64,000 nucleotides of DNA from an uncultured Acetatifactor sp. (lineage in GTDB: Bacteria > Bacillota > Clostridia > Lachnospirales > Lachnospiraceae). The DNA lies in contig CAJUNZ010000003.1 in NCBI GenBank assembly GCA_910587755.1, forward strand, positions 1,908 to 65,907, in the 5' to 3' direction. Below, in pieces: positions 16,578 to 26,578 of this stretch. Under the pieces are notes generated by a model. That model did not search any database. It was not told the origin of the DNA and saw only the letters and a list, made by a program, of their open reading frames with translations. Position 1 is the stretch's first letter; the number at the start of each line of letters is the position of its first letter. The position numbers were made by a program, and so were the translations under genes.

Positions 16578-18716
16578 TTACCACCAGATAATGTAGAGCA
16601 GCGTCAGGGACAGGCCGATGCAGAAAAGCAGCAGTCCGAAGGAAAGACTCCTCTGGATAATGTTGTTGGTTTCCTTGAACTGCTCGTTTTTCAACGCCGC
16701 CAGGTGTACATAGTCCCTGCGCCCAGGGTTTCTTCTCCGCCAGGTATGGTTGGCCAGGCCCTGGAAAGCGTTCATCACCCTCCCCGCCGCTGCCGTAAAC
16801 ACATTGCCCTCAGCCCTCTCCCCAGGCAGAGGGCTGTCCCGGTAAATCGTCCTGCGCAGCGCCACCACAAGGCCATCCACAAAGCTGTCCAATATTCTGC
16901 AGAACACCCCTGAGACTGTGAAGAAAGCCCCCAAAACCGCCGGGCTGCTCAGGAGTTTATCCAACGCCCCGCACACTCCTCCCAGAACCCAGGGCAGGAA
17001 CCTCAGCAGAAGGGGCCTGTAAAAGATTTCCTCCAGATCCAGCCGCCGGGGCCACCTGTCCACATACTCTCCCTCTTTATTCCGCAGCAGTTTTCGGACA
17101 AAAAACCAGTACACCAGCGCACCGATGGCAATGGAAATCAACCCGCCTTTTAAATTCCCGGGGCTGAAATAGGCTATGGCCTCCCCTGCCTCCTGCACCC
17201 CCAGAAATCCCTGAGCCTTCCGGGCCGCCCTTTCCATCAGGCCCTGGGGGCTCAGTCCCCAGACCAGCAGCAGGGCCGCGCTCCCGGCCAGGGCAAAGAC
17301 GGAAGCCGGGCTCATATAACGCTTCATGCCATCATACTTTTTCTGCAGGGCAGCATCTGTATTTTTCTCCAAAAAAACCGCCGCAAAAAGCTTCGCCATA
17401 TAGGCCACGGTCAGTCCGCCGGAGAACAGGAAAAGGTACTCCACCGTCCTGGTCAAAGTCCCTCCCCCGTACTCCACAATGCTCTCATGGAGCAGGGTCT
17501 TGCTGATATAGCCGCTGAAAAGAGGGATCCCCCCTATGGCCAGGGCCCCTGTGAGGAAAATGCCCCCAAGCAGGGGCTTCTTCCTGCCAAAACCCCGGAT
17601 GTCATTGAGATTCAGCCCATGGGCATTCATATAGACCACGCCTGCTGCCATAAAAAGCACCAGTTTTATCAGAGAATGATTCACCATATGCAGAAACACC
17701 CCATGGGCCGCCAGGATCCTGAATTCCTCCCCGCCGCCCTCCCCGGGCATTCCAAGCATCCCTGTCCCCACCAGGATAAAGCCGATCTGGGACATGGAGG
17801 AACAGGCCAGCGTCCTCTTCAGATCCACAGAAAACACCGCCAGCACCGCACCTCCCAGCATGGTTGCCGTCCCCAGGGCCAGAATCACCCTGCTCCAACC
17901 TTCATCCCGTGGAAACAGGCAGCAGCCAAGAATCAGCACGCCGTAGATCCCCGTTTTGGTCAGAATGCCGGACAGAAGCCCAGAGGCAGGAGCCGGAGCC
18001 ACAGGATGAGCTTTGGGCAGCCAGATATGCAGGGGAAACGCCCCGGCTTTTGCCCCAAAACCAAAGAGCATACACGCCCCGGCCACGTACAGCACCTTCT
18101 TCTCCCCACACGCCGCCGCAGCCCCCGGCAGGTCTCCCAGTGCCACCGTGCCCAGCTGATGGTACAGCAGGAAAATCCCCATGAGCATCACAAGGCCCCC
18201 GGCCACCGCCACCGCCAGATAGGTGGACGCCGCCTTCAGCGCCGCAGCGTTTTCCTCCTGGGCCACCCACACATAGGAAGTGAAAGACATAATCTCAAAA
18301 AAGATAAATGTGGTATATAAATCTCCGGACAGGAACACTCCCATAACCGCTCCCTGGGTCCACAGCAGAAAAAGATAAAAACGGCTCCGGTGGTGCAGAT
18401 GTCCAAAATATTCCCTGGAGAAAACCGCCGTCATCATCCACAGGAACGCCGCCACACAGCCATACAGGAGCCGGAATCCCTCCAGCACAAAGTGCAGCCC
18501 CAGGCCGCAGACCTCCGGAATGTCCAGGAACACGCCGGGGCCTCCGGAACAGAGACACAGCATAAGCACCGTAACTGCAAACTCCACCGCCACAGAGACA
18601 GTCACAATCCCATCCCGCAGTTTTCCTCCCCGGCAGGCCCGCCCTGCCCCATAGGCCAGAAGACCTGCCCCAAAGGGGAAAAACACTAAAAAAGCCAATC
18701 CCGTCTCCAAATTCAT
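16578..18716 (-). CDS. Mrp/complex I antiporter-like subunit (MrpA/D, NuoL-like)
   Basis: FIFFEIM, GAKAGAFPLHIWLPKAHPVAPAPASGLLSG, KRTLACSSMSQIG. Confidence 0.9.
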   Translation of the reverse strand: MNLETGLAFLVFFPFGAGLLAYGAGRACRGGKLRDGIVTVSVAVEFAVTVLMLCLCSGGPGVFLDIPEVCGLGLHFVLEGFRLLYGCVAAFLWMMTAVFSREYFGHLHHRSRFYLFLLWTQGAVMGVFLSGDLYTTFIFFEIMSFTSYVWVAQEENAAALKAASTYLAVAVAGGLVMLMGIFLLYHQLGTVALGDLPGAAAACGEKKVLYVAGACMLFGFGAKAGAFPLHIWLPKAHPVAPAPASGLLSGILTKTGIYGVLILGCCLFPRDEGWSRVILALGTATMLGGAVLAVFSVDLKRTLACSSMSQIGFILVGTGMLGMPGEGGGEEFRILAAHGVFLHMVNHSLIKLVLFMAAGVVYMNAHGLNLNDIRGFGRKKPLLGGIFLTGALAIGGIPLFSGYISKTLLHESIVEYGGGTLTRTVEYLFLFSGGLTVAYMAKLFAAVFLEKNTDAALQKKYDGMKRYMSPASVFALAGSAALLLVWGLSPQGLMERAARKAQGFLGVQEAGEAIAYFSPGNLKGGLISIAIGALVYWFFVRKLLRNKEGEYVDRWPRRLDLEEIFYRPLLLRFLPWVLGGVCGALDKLLSSPAVLGAFFTVSGVFCRILDSFVDGLVVALRRTIYRDSPLPGERAEGNVFTAAAGRVMNAFQGLANHTWRRRNPGRRDYVHLAALKNEQFKETNNIIQRSLSFGLLLFCIGLSLTLLYIIWW

Positions 18717-18728
18717 ACCAGCCCTCTC

Positions 18729-20198
18729 TCAAAAGTCCGCAATCTCTTTCAGCATTCTCACAAGGGGTTCCGAGTACAGGCCAAGGCAGAGAATGCACAC
18801 CGCCAGCACCCCCAAAGGCACAAGCATCCTCCAGCCGGGCTCCCGCACCTCTTCTATCTCCGCCGGGTCAAACCCTTTTTTCGGAAAAAATACTCTCACC
18901 AGGATACTCAGCATATAAACTGCCGTCAGAAGCGCCGAGATCATCAGCGCCGCCGTCCCCGCCAGGGCAAGAGGCTCTCCGCTGTCCACCGCCCCCTCCG
19001 CCAGATACCACTTGCTGACAAAGCCGCATAGACCAGGCACCCCCGTCAGGGCCAGCGCCGACACCCCAAAGCAGGCAAAGACCTTTGGCATCTTTCTGCC
19101 CAGACCATCCAGCTGGTAGATATAGTTTTTGCCCGTCTTATGAATCACCGCCCCCGCGCAGAGGAAAGAACAGCTCTTCATAAAAGAATGACACACCAGA
19201 TGCGTCAGCGCCCCCGCCATTCCCATGGGGGTCATCAGCGTCACCCCAAACAGAATATAGGACAGATTGCCCACTGTGGACCAGGCCAGACGCCTCTTGA
19301 AATGTGTCTCCTTCACCGCCCGGCTGCAGCCGTAGACAATGGTAAAGACTGCCAGCCCCATCACCAGATACTGGGCCCAGGTGCCCCGGAGCAGTTTTGT
19401 GCCGAAGCTGAAATACGTCACCCGCATAACCGCAAACGCACCTGTGTTGACCACCGCCACACCATGGAGCAGGGCCGTCACCGGGGTGGGGGCCACCCCG
19501 GCCTTGGGCAGCCATGAAGAAAAAGGCCAAAGGGCTGTCTTTACACTGAACCCGCAGAAACAGAGCACATAAACAGCAAGGAGCGTGTCCTTCTTTTCAT
19601 GGACGTTGACCAGGTCCAGGACGCCTCCAGGCACAAAAGAAGAAGTCGTTCCATAGACCAGGACAAAAATCATGCCGATAAAGGCAAAAGCCGCGCCCCC
19701 CAGCATATAGTACAGATAAGTCCTGCTGGCCAGAACCGCCTCCCTGGTTCTGGTGTACATCACCAGGGGCAGGGTAACAAGGCTCAGCATCTCAAAGAAG
19801 AAATACATGGTCAGGATATTCTCCGACAGGGCCACTCCCAGAGTCACCCCATAGGTGGCCACATAAAACAGGAAAAACGACTTCTCCTTTTCCTCCCCCT
19901 CCATATACTCAAACCCATACAGCAGGGCAAGAGGCCAGAGAAAGGCCACAAGCCCTCCATACACAGCCCCCATCCCATCCAGGCCCAGAGTGATGCTCAG
20001 ATCATGGGTAAAACGGAAAACCGTAAGCGTTTTGTCAGGGGCATGAAAAAGCAGCCAGAACACCAGGAGAGAATTGACACAAACCGCCGTCTCCAGGTAA
20101 ATGCACATGGCCTTTCTGCTCCGAAAGGATAACATTGGCGTCAAAATGCCCGTGAACATGGGCAGCAACACCACTATCAACATTAAGACTTCCCTCAT
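18729..20198 (-). CDS. MrpD-like antiporter subunit
   Basis: YFFFEM, WLPKAGVAPTPVTALLH, KRRLAWSTVGNLSY. Confidence 0.9.
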   Translation of the reverse strand: MREVLMLIVVLLPMFTGILTPMLSFRSRKAMCIYLETAVCVNSLLVFWLLFHAPDKTLTVFRFTHDLSITLGLDGMGAVYGGLVAFLWPLALLYGFEYMEGEEKEKSFFLFYVATYGVTLGVALSENILTMYFFFEMLSLVTLPLVMYTRTREAVLASRTYLYYMLGGAAFAFIGMIFVLVYGTTSSFVPGGVLDLVNVHEKKDTLLAVYVLCFCGFSVKTALWPFSSWLPKAGVAPTPVTALLHGVAVVNTGAFAVMRVTYFSFGTKLLRGTWAQYLVMGLAVFTIVYGCSRAVKETHFKRRLAWSTVGNLSYILFGVTLMTPMGMAGALTHLVCHSFMKSCSFLCAGAVIHKTGKNYIYQLDGLGRKMPKVFACFGVSALALTGVPGLCGFVSKWYLAEGAVDSGEPLALAGTAALMISALLTAVYMLSILVRVFFPKKGFDPAEIEEVREPGWRMLVPLGVLAVCILCLGLYSEPLVRMLKEIADF

Positions 20199-20216
20199 GG
20201 CAGCCAGATCCTTTCT

Positions 20217-21776
20217 CTAAAATACCGCTGTGGCAATCCTGGCGGCATACTCCGATACCGGACCGGGGAAAACCCCCAGCCAGACAGCCAGAGCCGCCAG
20301 CACCACAAGAGGAACCAGCATGGCCGGGGACAGCTCAGGCCCCAAAGCCTTCCTGGAACTGTGAGCCTGGGCTCCTTCACCGGGCTCCTCTATTCCATGG
20401 GGCTCCTCCAGTCCCTGGAGATGCTCCGAACCTGGGAAAAATCCTTTCATGGCAATGGGCAGCAGATAGCCGGCGGTCAGCAGGGCACTCACCAGCAGAA
20501 CCACCGGCCCCAGCCAGGAAAACACTCCTGTCCCCGACTGCAGAGCCCCTTCCGCCAGATACCATTTGCTGACAAATCCCCCTGTGGGCGGAATCCCCAC
20601 CAGCGTCAGGGAGAGCAGCAGATAGCACCACATGGTCTTGGGCATTTTCTTTCCTATCCCCCCAAGTTCCTCCGCCCTGGTATAGCCAAAACGGTAGACA
20701 AACACACCAGCCGTCAGAAACAGACCGCATTTCACCACCGCATGCACCACCACATGGAGCAAGGCCCCTGTAAAGGCGTCCGGTGTCAAAAGGGATAGCC
20801 CGAACATAATGTAGGAAACCTGGCTCACTGTGGAATAGGCCAGCCTTTTCTTAAAGATCTGCTCCCGGTATGCAAGCATGGATCCCATAAACACCGTCAG
20901 CAGAGCCAGCGTCATCCACACATACTGCACCCAGGTGCCCTGCAGAAAATCAGTCCCCGCCACATAGAACACCACCCGCACCACTGCCAGCACACCGGAC
21001 TTTACAATGACACCGGAGAGCACAGCGGAAGCCGGGGACGGCGCCACCGGATGGGCCGTGGGCAGCCACGCGTGAAGGGGCACCATGCCCGCCTTGGCCC
21101 CGAAACCCACCAGCGCCGCAAACACGGCGATCAGAAGAATCCCCTCATGCCCCTGTGCGGCAGCCTGGTTCAGGGTCCCTCCCGGCGCAAAATTCAGCGA
21201 GTCACTGTACCGATACAGAAAGAAGACAGAAAACAAGCCCCCATATGCGCCGCACATGGAATAAAACAGATACTTCAGCGCAGCCATAACCGCCTCCCTT
21301 GTCCCATTGTGGAGCACCAACGGCATGGAGACCAGGGTTGTCAGCTCATAGAACAGATACATGGTCACAAGATTGCCGGAAAAATCCAGCGCCACCAGCA
21401 CACCATACAGTATCAGGTAGAAGCCGTAATATCTTTTTTCCTTCCCCTCATGCTTCATATAGACAAAGGCAAACAGAGCGGACAGAACCCATATAAGGCT
21501 CACCACCGTCACAAACAGCCTTCCCAAAGCATCAACATGAAAATACACAGGAACCCCCTCAAAGAGGGTAAACAGTACCAGCTCCCTGTCCCCCGACCAG
21601 GCCGCCGCCAGGGCCAGGGCCACAGAAATCCCAAGAACCGCGCTCACATACAGGCACAGCCTGGCCCGCTCTCTCCTGCCGCCCGGGGCAGTATTTTTTT
21701 CCCGAAAAGAAAAAAACAGCAGAAGGGCGCCGAAAAACATTGGCAGCACTATGGGAATCAGCAGAAATGCATCCAT
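20217..21776 (-). CDS. MrpD-like antiporter subunit
   Basis: YLFYEL, PLHAWLPTAHPVAPSPASAVLSG, KKRLAYSTVSQ. Confidence 0.9.
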   Translation of the reverse strand: MDAFLLIPIVLPMFFGALLLFFSFREKNTAPGGRRERARLCLYVSAVLGISVALALAAAWSGDRELVLFTLFEGVPVYFHVDALGRLFVTVVSLIWVLSALFAFVYMKHEGKEKRYYGFYLILYGVLVALDFSGNLVTMYLFYELTTLVSMPLVLHNGTREAVMAALKYLFYSMCGAYGGLFSVFFLYRYSDSLNFAPGGTLNQAAAQGHEGILLIAVFAALVGFGAKAGMVPLHAWLPTAHPVAPSPASAVLSGVIVKSGVLAVVRVVFYVAGTDFLQGTWVQYVWMTLALLTVFMGSMLAYREQIFKKRLAYSTVSQVSYIMFGLSLLTPDAFTGALLHVVVHAVVKCGLFLTAGVFVYRFGYTRAEELGGIGKKMPKTMWCYLLLSLTLVGIPPTGGFVSKWYLAEGALQSGTGVFSWLGPVVLLVSALLTAGYLLPIAMKGFFPGSEHLQGLEEPHGIEEPGEGAQAHSSRKALGPELSPAMLVPLVVLAALAVWLGVFPGPVSEYAARIATAVF

Positions 21777-21789
21777 CCAAAACTACCTC

Positions 21790-23289
21790 CTAGTCAAACA
21801 TCTCAAATCCCCTCTGGATCAGCCGTACAATGGGGTCGGAATTCAGCCCCAGTATCAGATTCAGCAGAATAAGGCACACCAGCGCCGCGGACTTGGCAGG
21901 CTGCTCCCATACCCCAATCTGCCTGCCGCCCACGCTTCCTTCAGGGGCGGGTGTGTAGATCCGGATGACGGTCTTCATAAAATAGACCGCATTCAGTATG
22001 GTGCTGAGAGCAAGAGCGATAACCGTGGGAAACATCTTATGGGCATGTCCCACCGCCGCCTGGGCAAAGAAAAATTTTGAGATAAACCCCGAAAACATGG
22101 GCAGACCCACCATGGACAGGGAACCCGCCAGAAACGCCGTTCCCGCCAGTTTGTTCCGCAGCCCCGCCCCTGTGATATCCGCAAATCTGTCACTGTTTCC
22201 GGAGGCATCCCCCAGTCCCGACGCCGCCACAAACAGCAGCGCTTTGGTGGCTCCGTGGGACAGCACATGGTAAAGGCCCGCCACAATTCCCGCCTCCGTG
22301 GCAAGCCCCAGTCCCATATAGATGTATCCGATCTGTGCTACCGAAGAGTAGGCTATCATCCGTGTGAGATTGTTTTCCTTGATAGCGCTCAAAGAACCCA
22401 TGATCATCCCTATGATACCGAACACAAACAGCACATTGACCACTTTGCTCTCGTTTACCACATTGAATCCCACCACCCGGCAGAAGATCTTGATCAGCAG
22501 GAAAATATATCCCTTGGACACCAGGGAAGAGAGAATCGCTGAAGAAGACAGAGTAGAATACCCATAGGCATCCGGCAGCCAGGTGTGGAAAGGATACAGA
22601 GCACTCTTCATGGCCAGCCCCACGGACATAAGCCCCAGGGCCACCATCAGGGAGAGATGGTGCTGACCGGTCTGAGCCAGGAACTGCACCTGTTCTCTGA
22701 TATTGCTCATAAGCAAATGCCCCGTCACCGCGTACAGATAGCAGATGCCCAGCAGCAGCAGACCGGAACCTGACAGGCTCATAATCATATACCGGGCAGC
22801 CGCCTCGTAAGTCCTTCCGGTCTGGCGGATCATAATCAGCCCGCAGGCGGAGATGGTATTGATCTCCACAAACACATATGCCGTGAACAGGTCATTGGTG
22901 TAGATCAGGGCCAGCAGGGAACACAGCAGCAGATTCACCATGACATAGTACAGATTCTGTTTGCTCTCCTGAATCTGTTCCTCCCTCTCCCGGATCCCCC
23001 CAAGCATACACAGCAGCATCACCGCGCAGAAAAAACATGCCATAAATGCCTCTAAGATGCCCACACGGATCTCATTTCCCCAGGGGGCAGGAAAATGTCC
23101 CATCTGATACACATAAGACTGCCCTGTTGAAATCACATGCTGCAGCACAAAGGCGGACATCACGCCCGTTGTCACAATGACCCCCGTATTCACCCGTTTT
23201 GCCCATTTCCCGCTGAGAATGGAGCACAGAGGGCCTGAAAACAGGGAGAGAAGTATGGATAGAAAAGGGAAATTCTGCACAAAAGCCAT
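21790..23289 (-). CDS. mrpD: MrpD-like antiporter subunit
   Basis: YVFVEI, PFHTWLPDAY, RMIAYSSVAQIGY; TAATG overlap with mrpC. Confidence 0.88.
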   Translation of the reverse strand: MAFVQNFPFLSILLSLFSGPLCSILSGKWAKRVNTGVIVTTGVMSAFVLQHVISTGQSYVYQMGHFPAPWGNEIRVGILEAFMACFFCAVMLLCMLGGIREREEQIQESKQNLYYVMVNLLLCSLLALIYTNDLFTAYVFVEINTISACGLIMIRQTGRTYEAAARYMIMSLSGSGLLLLGICYLYAVTGHLLMSNIREQVQFLAQTGQHHLSLMVALGLMSVGLAMKSALYPFHTWLPDAYGYSTLSSSAILSSLVSKGYIFLLIKIFCRVVGFNVVNESKVVNVLFVFGIIGMIMGSLSAIKENNLTRMIAYSSVAQIGYIYMGLGLATEAGIVAGLYHVLSHGATKALLFVAASGLGDASGNSDRFADITGAGLRNKLAGTAFLAGSLSMVGLPMFSGFISKFFFAQAAVGHAHKMFPTVIALALSTILNAVYFMKTVIRIYTPAPEGSVGGRQIGVWEQPAKSAALVCLILLNLILGLNSDPIVRLIQRGFEMFD

Positions 23290-23666
23290 TATTTCCCCTC
23301 CTTTTTCAGCTGCGTGGAGATTGCATCCAGATCCAGAGTGTGGTATCTCCGGTACAGGCATATGGTCAGGGACAACATCAGCGCCGTCACCGACACGGAA
23401 ACCACAATCCCTGTCAGCACCAGGCCGCTGGGGATGGGGTTGATATAGGCCTCCACACTCTGAATGCCTTCCTCCACCACCGGCGCCTTCCTGCCTGAAA
23501 TATAGCCCTTCAGGGCAAGAAAGAGATACACGGCCGTGTCCATGATATTCAGCCCAATGATCTTCTTGATCAGATTCCGCTGCAGGAGCAGATTGGAGAA
23601 CCCAATGCCAAACAGGATCATGGCGACGGCCTCCTCATAATTCTCTAACAAATATTGTATCCGCAT
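23289..23666 (-). CDS. mrpC: MrpC/MnhC subunit
   Basis: NLIKKIIGLNIM, NPIPSGLVLTGIVV; AAGGAG SD. Confidence 0.92.
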   Translation of the reverse strand: MRIQYLLENYEEAVAMILFGIGFSNLLLQRNLIKKIIGLNIMDTAVYLFLALKGYISGRKAPVVEEGIQSVEAYINPIPSGLVLTGIVVSVSVTALMLSLTICLYRRYHTLDLDAISTQLKKEGK

Positions 23667-23681
23667 AAATCTCCTTAATTG

Positions 23682-23923
23682 TAGTCGCTGCGCGACGGCT
23701 CTAAAGAATGAATACATTCGGCGCACTTTGCTGAGAGACAGCATTCATTCGCAAGTAATTCTCATGAATGCTGCTCTCGTGCGCCTTCTTGTATTCACTA
23801 TTTTATAGTCGCTGCGCGACGGCTCTAAAGAATGAATACATTCGGCGCACTCTGCTGAGAGACAGCATTCATTCGCAAATAATTCTCATGAATGCTGCTC
23901 TCGTGCGCCTTCTTGTATTCACT
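23682..23923. repeat. Tandem duplication of a 118-bp hairpin element (23682-23799, 23806-23923)
   Basis: Two mismatches between copies; each copy has nested inverted repeats forming a ~90-nt stem. Confidence 0.95.
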
Positions 23924-24885
23924 TAATAATTTCCTTTTCGGAACATGGCGTAAAAGGTGTACATGGTGCCTGCCACCACCACGCCCACGCAGATGTTCAA
24001 CAGCAGGATCAGGCCGCTGCTGAGAATGGCCCCGGGGGTTCCCAGGGGCACAATGCTCTCAATGTGGTTTGCGCCTGTGTAAAAGGAATAGCTCTTGGCC
24101 AGGCTGTAGCAGGCCAGGGCACAGAAGCTCACCCTGCGGAAAGTCTTGGCCGTGAAGAATTTTTCCGTTCTGGCAAAGCCGAAGGCATTCAGGTACAGAA
24201 TCAGCCCTGCGCCGATGACCGCCCCGCCGGAAAAGCCGCCTCCCGGCCCCAGATGTCCCGCCAGGATAATGTAGATGCCAAAGATAAAAATGGGCGGCAC
24301 CAGCACTCTTGCCACAGTCTGCAGGATCACATCGTTCTTGGGCTCATAGCGTCTGTCATTGTCCTCATCCTCCGCCTGCTCTTTCTTTTTGTCCGTCCGC
24401 AGCAGAATCAGCACCGTGCAGGCGGCAGCAAACAGAACATGGGACTCCCCCAGAGTGTCAAAGGCACGATAGTCCAAAATCATGCCTGTGACAATATTCA
24501 CCGCCCCTGTCTCCTGTAAGCCGTTCTCAATATAGCGCTCTGCCACCTGATTGTTCACCGGATTCTCCGGGTGTCCAAATACAGGGAGATCAGACACTGC
24601 TGCCAAAAGCATAACCACTAAAAAAATACAGAAGCCTACGCTGAACACCCGGTAAAATCTGCGGAAAATTCGGATTTCTACATTGTTCTCCAAGTCGTAG
24701 ACCCGCTGTCTCAGCTGTTTTTCATCCTCTTCCCTGCGCTCCTTTGCCTCCGGACTTTCCGTGACAGGCTCCTGCCTGCCCATCTCCATTCCCTCTGCAA
24801 AAGGATCCTCCGCCCCCTCCAGCCAACGCTTCAGTCTGCAGGAAACAGTTTTTTGATACTCCTCCTCAGGCACCTTCCTGCTCAT
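23923..24885 (-). CDS. mrpB: MrpB/MnhB subunit (MbhE + MnhB domains)
   Basis: NIVTGMILDYRAFDTLGE, GHLGPGGGFSGG. Confidence 0.9.
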   Translation of the reverse strand: MSRKVPEEEYQKTVSCRLKRWLEGAEDPFAEGMEMGRQEPVTESPEAKERREEDEKQLRQRVYDLENNVEIRIFRRFYRVFSVGFCIFLVVMLLAAVSDLPVFGHPENPVNNQVAERYIENGLQETGAVNIVTGMILDYRAFDTLGESHVLFAAACTVLILLRTDKKKEQAEDEDNDRRYEPKNDVILQTVARVLVPPIFIFGIYIILAGHLGPGGGFSGGAVIGAGLILYLNAFGFARTEKFFTAKTFRRVSFCALACYSLAKSYSFYTGANHIESIVPLGTPGAILSSGLILLLNICVGVVVAGTMYTFYAMFRKGNY

Positions 24886-25144
24886 CCGTCTCCTCCAGAC
24901 TTTCCTTCTTCATAATGGCATTAATCTTCTTTAATGTCACAAAAAACAATACCGTAGTGACCCCTGCTCCCACCGCGGCCTCAGTGACAGCCAGATCCGG
25001 AGATTCCAGCAGCACCCAGATAATGGACATAATCAGGCTGTAGGACATGAAAATCAGTACGGTGTTCAACAGCTTCCTGGACAGGCTGGCCGCAATGGCG
25101 CAGACCACCAGAAATCCCAGCAGAATACAAGTGAATACGGTCAC
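24866..25144 (-). CDS. DUF4040/MbhD-like Mrp subunit
   Basis: SPDLAVTEAAVGAG motif; GTG start after AAGGAGG. Confidence 0.88.
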   Translation of the reverse strand: MTVFTCILLGFLVVCAIAASLSRKLLNTVLIFMSYSLIMSIIWVLLESPDLAVTEAAVGAGVTTVLFFVTLKKINAIMKKESLEETDEQEGA

Positions 25145-25154
25145 GGCTTCCTCC

Positions 25155-25508
25155 TTATTTATAGTTCTGCGTCTGTTCATCCAGTTCCTTCGTCCTGTAA
25201 TGTCTCCCGCTCTTCTCATTGGTGCTCACCTCCAGCCTGGCAATCAGGTGGGATGACACCGGTGAGGAAAACCAGAGAAACACAATCACAAGGAACAGTT
25301 TCAGGGAAGTAAAATTCAGGCCGCTTATCACAATCAGCCCCAGCAGCGCAAAGCCGATGCCCAAGGTATCGCCGATTGCCGCCGCATGCATCCGGTTCAG
25401 CACATATCGGAACCGGAATACCCCAATAATTTCAATGATAAAGGTGCCCAGACCGCACAAAAGCAGTCCGCCACCCACCAGAAAGCGCACCCATTCCAGT
25501 ACACTCAC
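25155..25508 (-). CDS. mrpG: MrpG/MnhG subunit
   Basis: GVFRF...NRMHAAAIGDTLG, SPVSSHLIAR. Confidence 0.92.
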   Translation of the reverse strand: MSVLEWVRFLVGGGLLLCGLGTFIIEIIGVFRFRYVLNRMHAAAIGDTLGIGFALLGLIVISGLNFTSLKLFLVIVFLWFSSPVSSHLIARLEVSTNEKSGRHYRTKELDEQTQNYK

Positions 25509-25873
25509 GACGACTCCTCCTTTTCCCGGCTCTCCTGTGCTGCTCTACGGCCGTTCTCCCTGTCTTTTTCCTGTTTTCCCTCCAGATACACTCCCATATA
25601 CACCTTCACCAGGACAATGACCGCCAGAAAACTGATCATCGCATAGATCAGACAGATGTCCGCCAGATACCCCTCCTCCAGCATCAGCGCCAGGATGGCA
25701 ATCATCACAATGACCATGGTGCCCGTCATATTCACCGAAACGATCCTGTCCGCAACCCTTGGGCCGATGATGGCGCGCACCAGACACAGAACCACCAGCA
25801 GAGCCAGCACAATGAGGGCCCCTGTAAAAAAAATGCTGTAGGCCCTATCCAGGCCCTCAATTCCCCTTCCCAT
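25505..25873 (-). CDS. mrpF: MrpF/MnhF subunit
   Basis: RAIIGPRVADRIVSVN, DICLIYAMISF. Confidence 0.92.
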   Translation of the reverse strand: MGRGIEGLDRAYSIFFTGALIVLALLVVLCLVRAIIGPRVADRIVSVNMTGTMVIVMIAILALMLEEGYLADICLIYAMISFLAVIVLVKVYMGVYLEGKQEKDRENGRRAAQESREKEESS

Positions 25874-25915
25874 CCTTCCTCCTCTCCGGTTAGACAAGCG
25901 CCACCGGAAAACCAA

Positions 25916-26380
25916 TCAGGCATTCTCCTCAAATCTGTGAATGTACTCCACAAATTTGCTGTTCCTGATCCCCTCTGCCATGGACTCATCCAGGCAGTGG
26001 ACCGTGTACTCAGAACCTTCCAGCGTAACCGTGATGGTTCCCGGCGTCAGCGTGATGGCGTTTGCCAGCATTGCCTTTCCCGCCCGGGTCCGCAGATCCG
26101 TGTGGAAGTGAACCAGCGCGGGCTCTATCTCCTCCTTCTGGGTCAGAATCAGGTGGATCGCGTTCACATTGGCCCTGACAATCTCCACCACCAGCAGACG
26201 ACAATATTTCAGCAGCAGAAAAATATTCTTATAGATTCTTACCTCTTTGGCAAGGCTGTAATCCACAAACTTACAGGAAAAAGCCAGCAGCGCACCTGCA
26301 ATGACTGCTCCAAAAACACAGATCTCCAGAGTTACCCTTCCATTGAAGATAATCCACAGCAGAAAATATATCAAGAACAC
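25916..26380 (-). CDS. mrpE: MrpE/MnhE subunit
   Basis: LANAITLTPGTIT, VHCLD; GTG start after GGGAGG. Confidence 0.92.
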   Translation of the reverse strand: MFLIYFLLWIIFNGRVTLEICVFGAVIAGALLAFSCKFVDYSLAKEVRIYKNIFLLLKYCRLLVVEIVRANVNAIHLILTQKEEIEPALVHFHTDLRTRAGKAMLANAITLTPGTITVTLEGSEYTVHCLDESMAEGIRNSKFVEYIHRFEENA

Positions 26381-26440
26381 AGCGCACCTCCCTGCCGATG
26401 TTTTCCATTTCCCCACCGGCTTTCCAGATATCCGTGTATT

Positions 26441-26468
26441 ATTTTAGCACAATTTTCCTCAATGTAAA
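26441..26468 (-). promoter_or_regulatory. Promoter of the mrp-like operon
   Basis: TTTACA-16-TAAAAT with TG extension. Confidence 0.55.
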
Positions 26469-26578
26469 GCCTTTTGGGCACACCGCCGGAAAATATACCG
26501 TGAAAACAGGGCGCTGAACTGTTACTGAAAAATGCTGCAACGCCCTAAATTACAGGCATCGCAGCATCAAGAGTGTCA

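Noticed and set aside
23682..23923. CRISPR array
   Set aside because: Units are 118 bp and nearly identical throughout, with no unique spacers.
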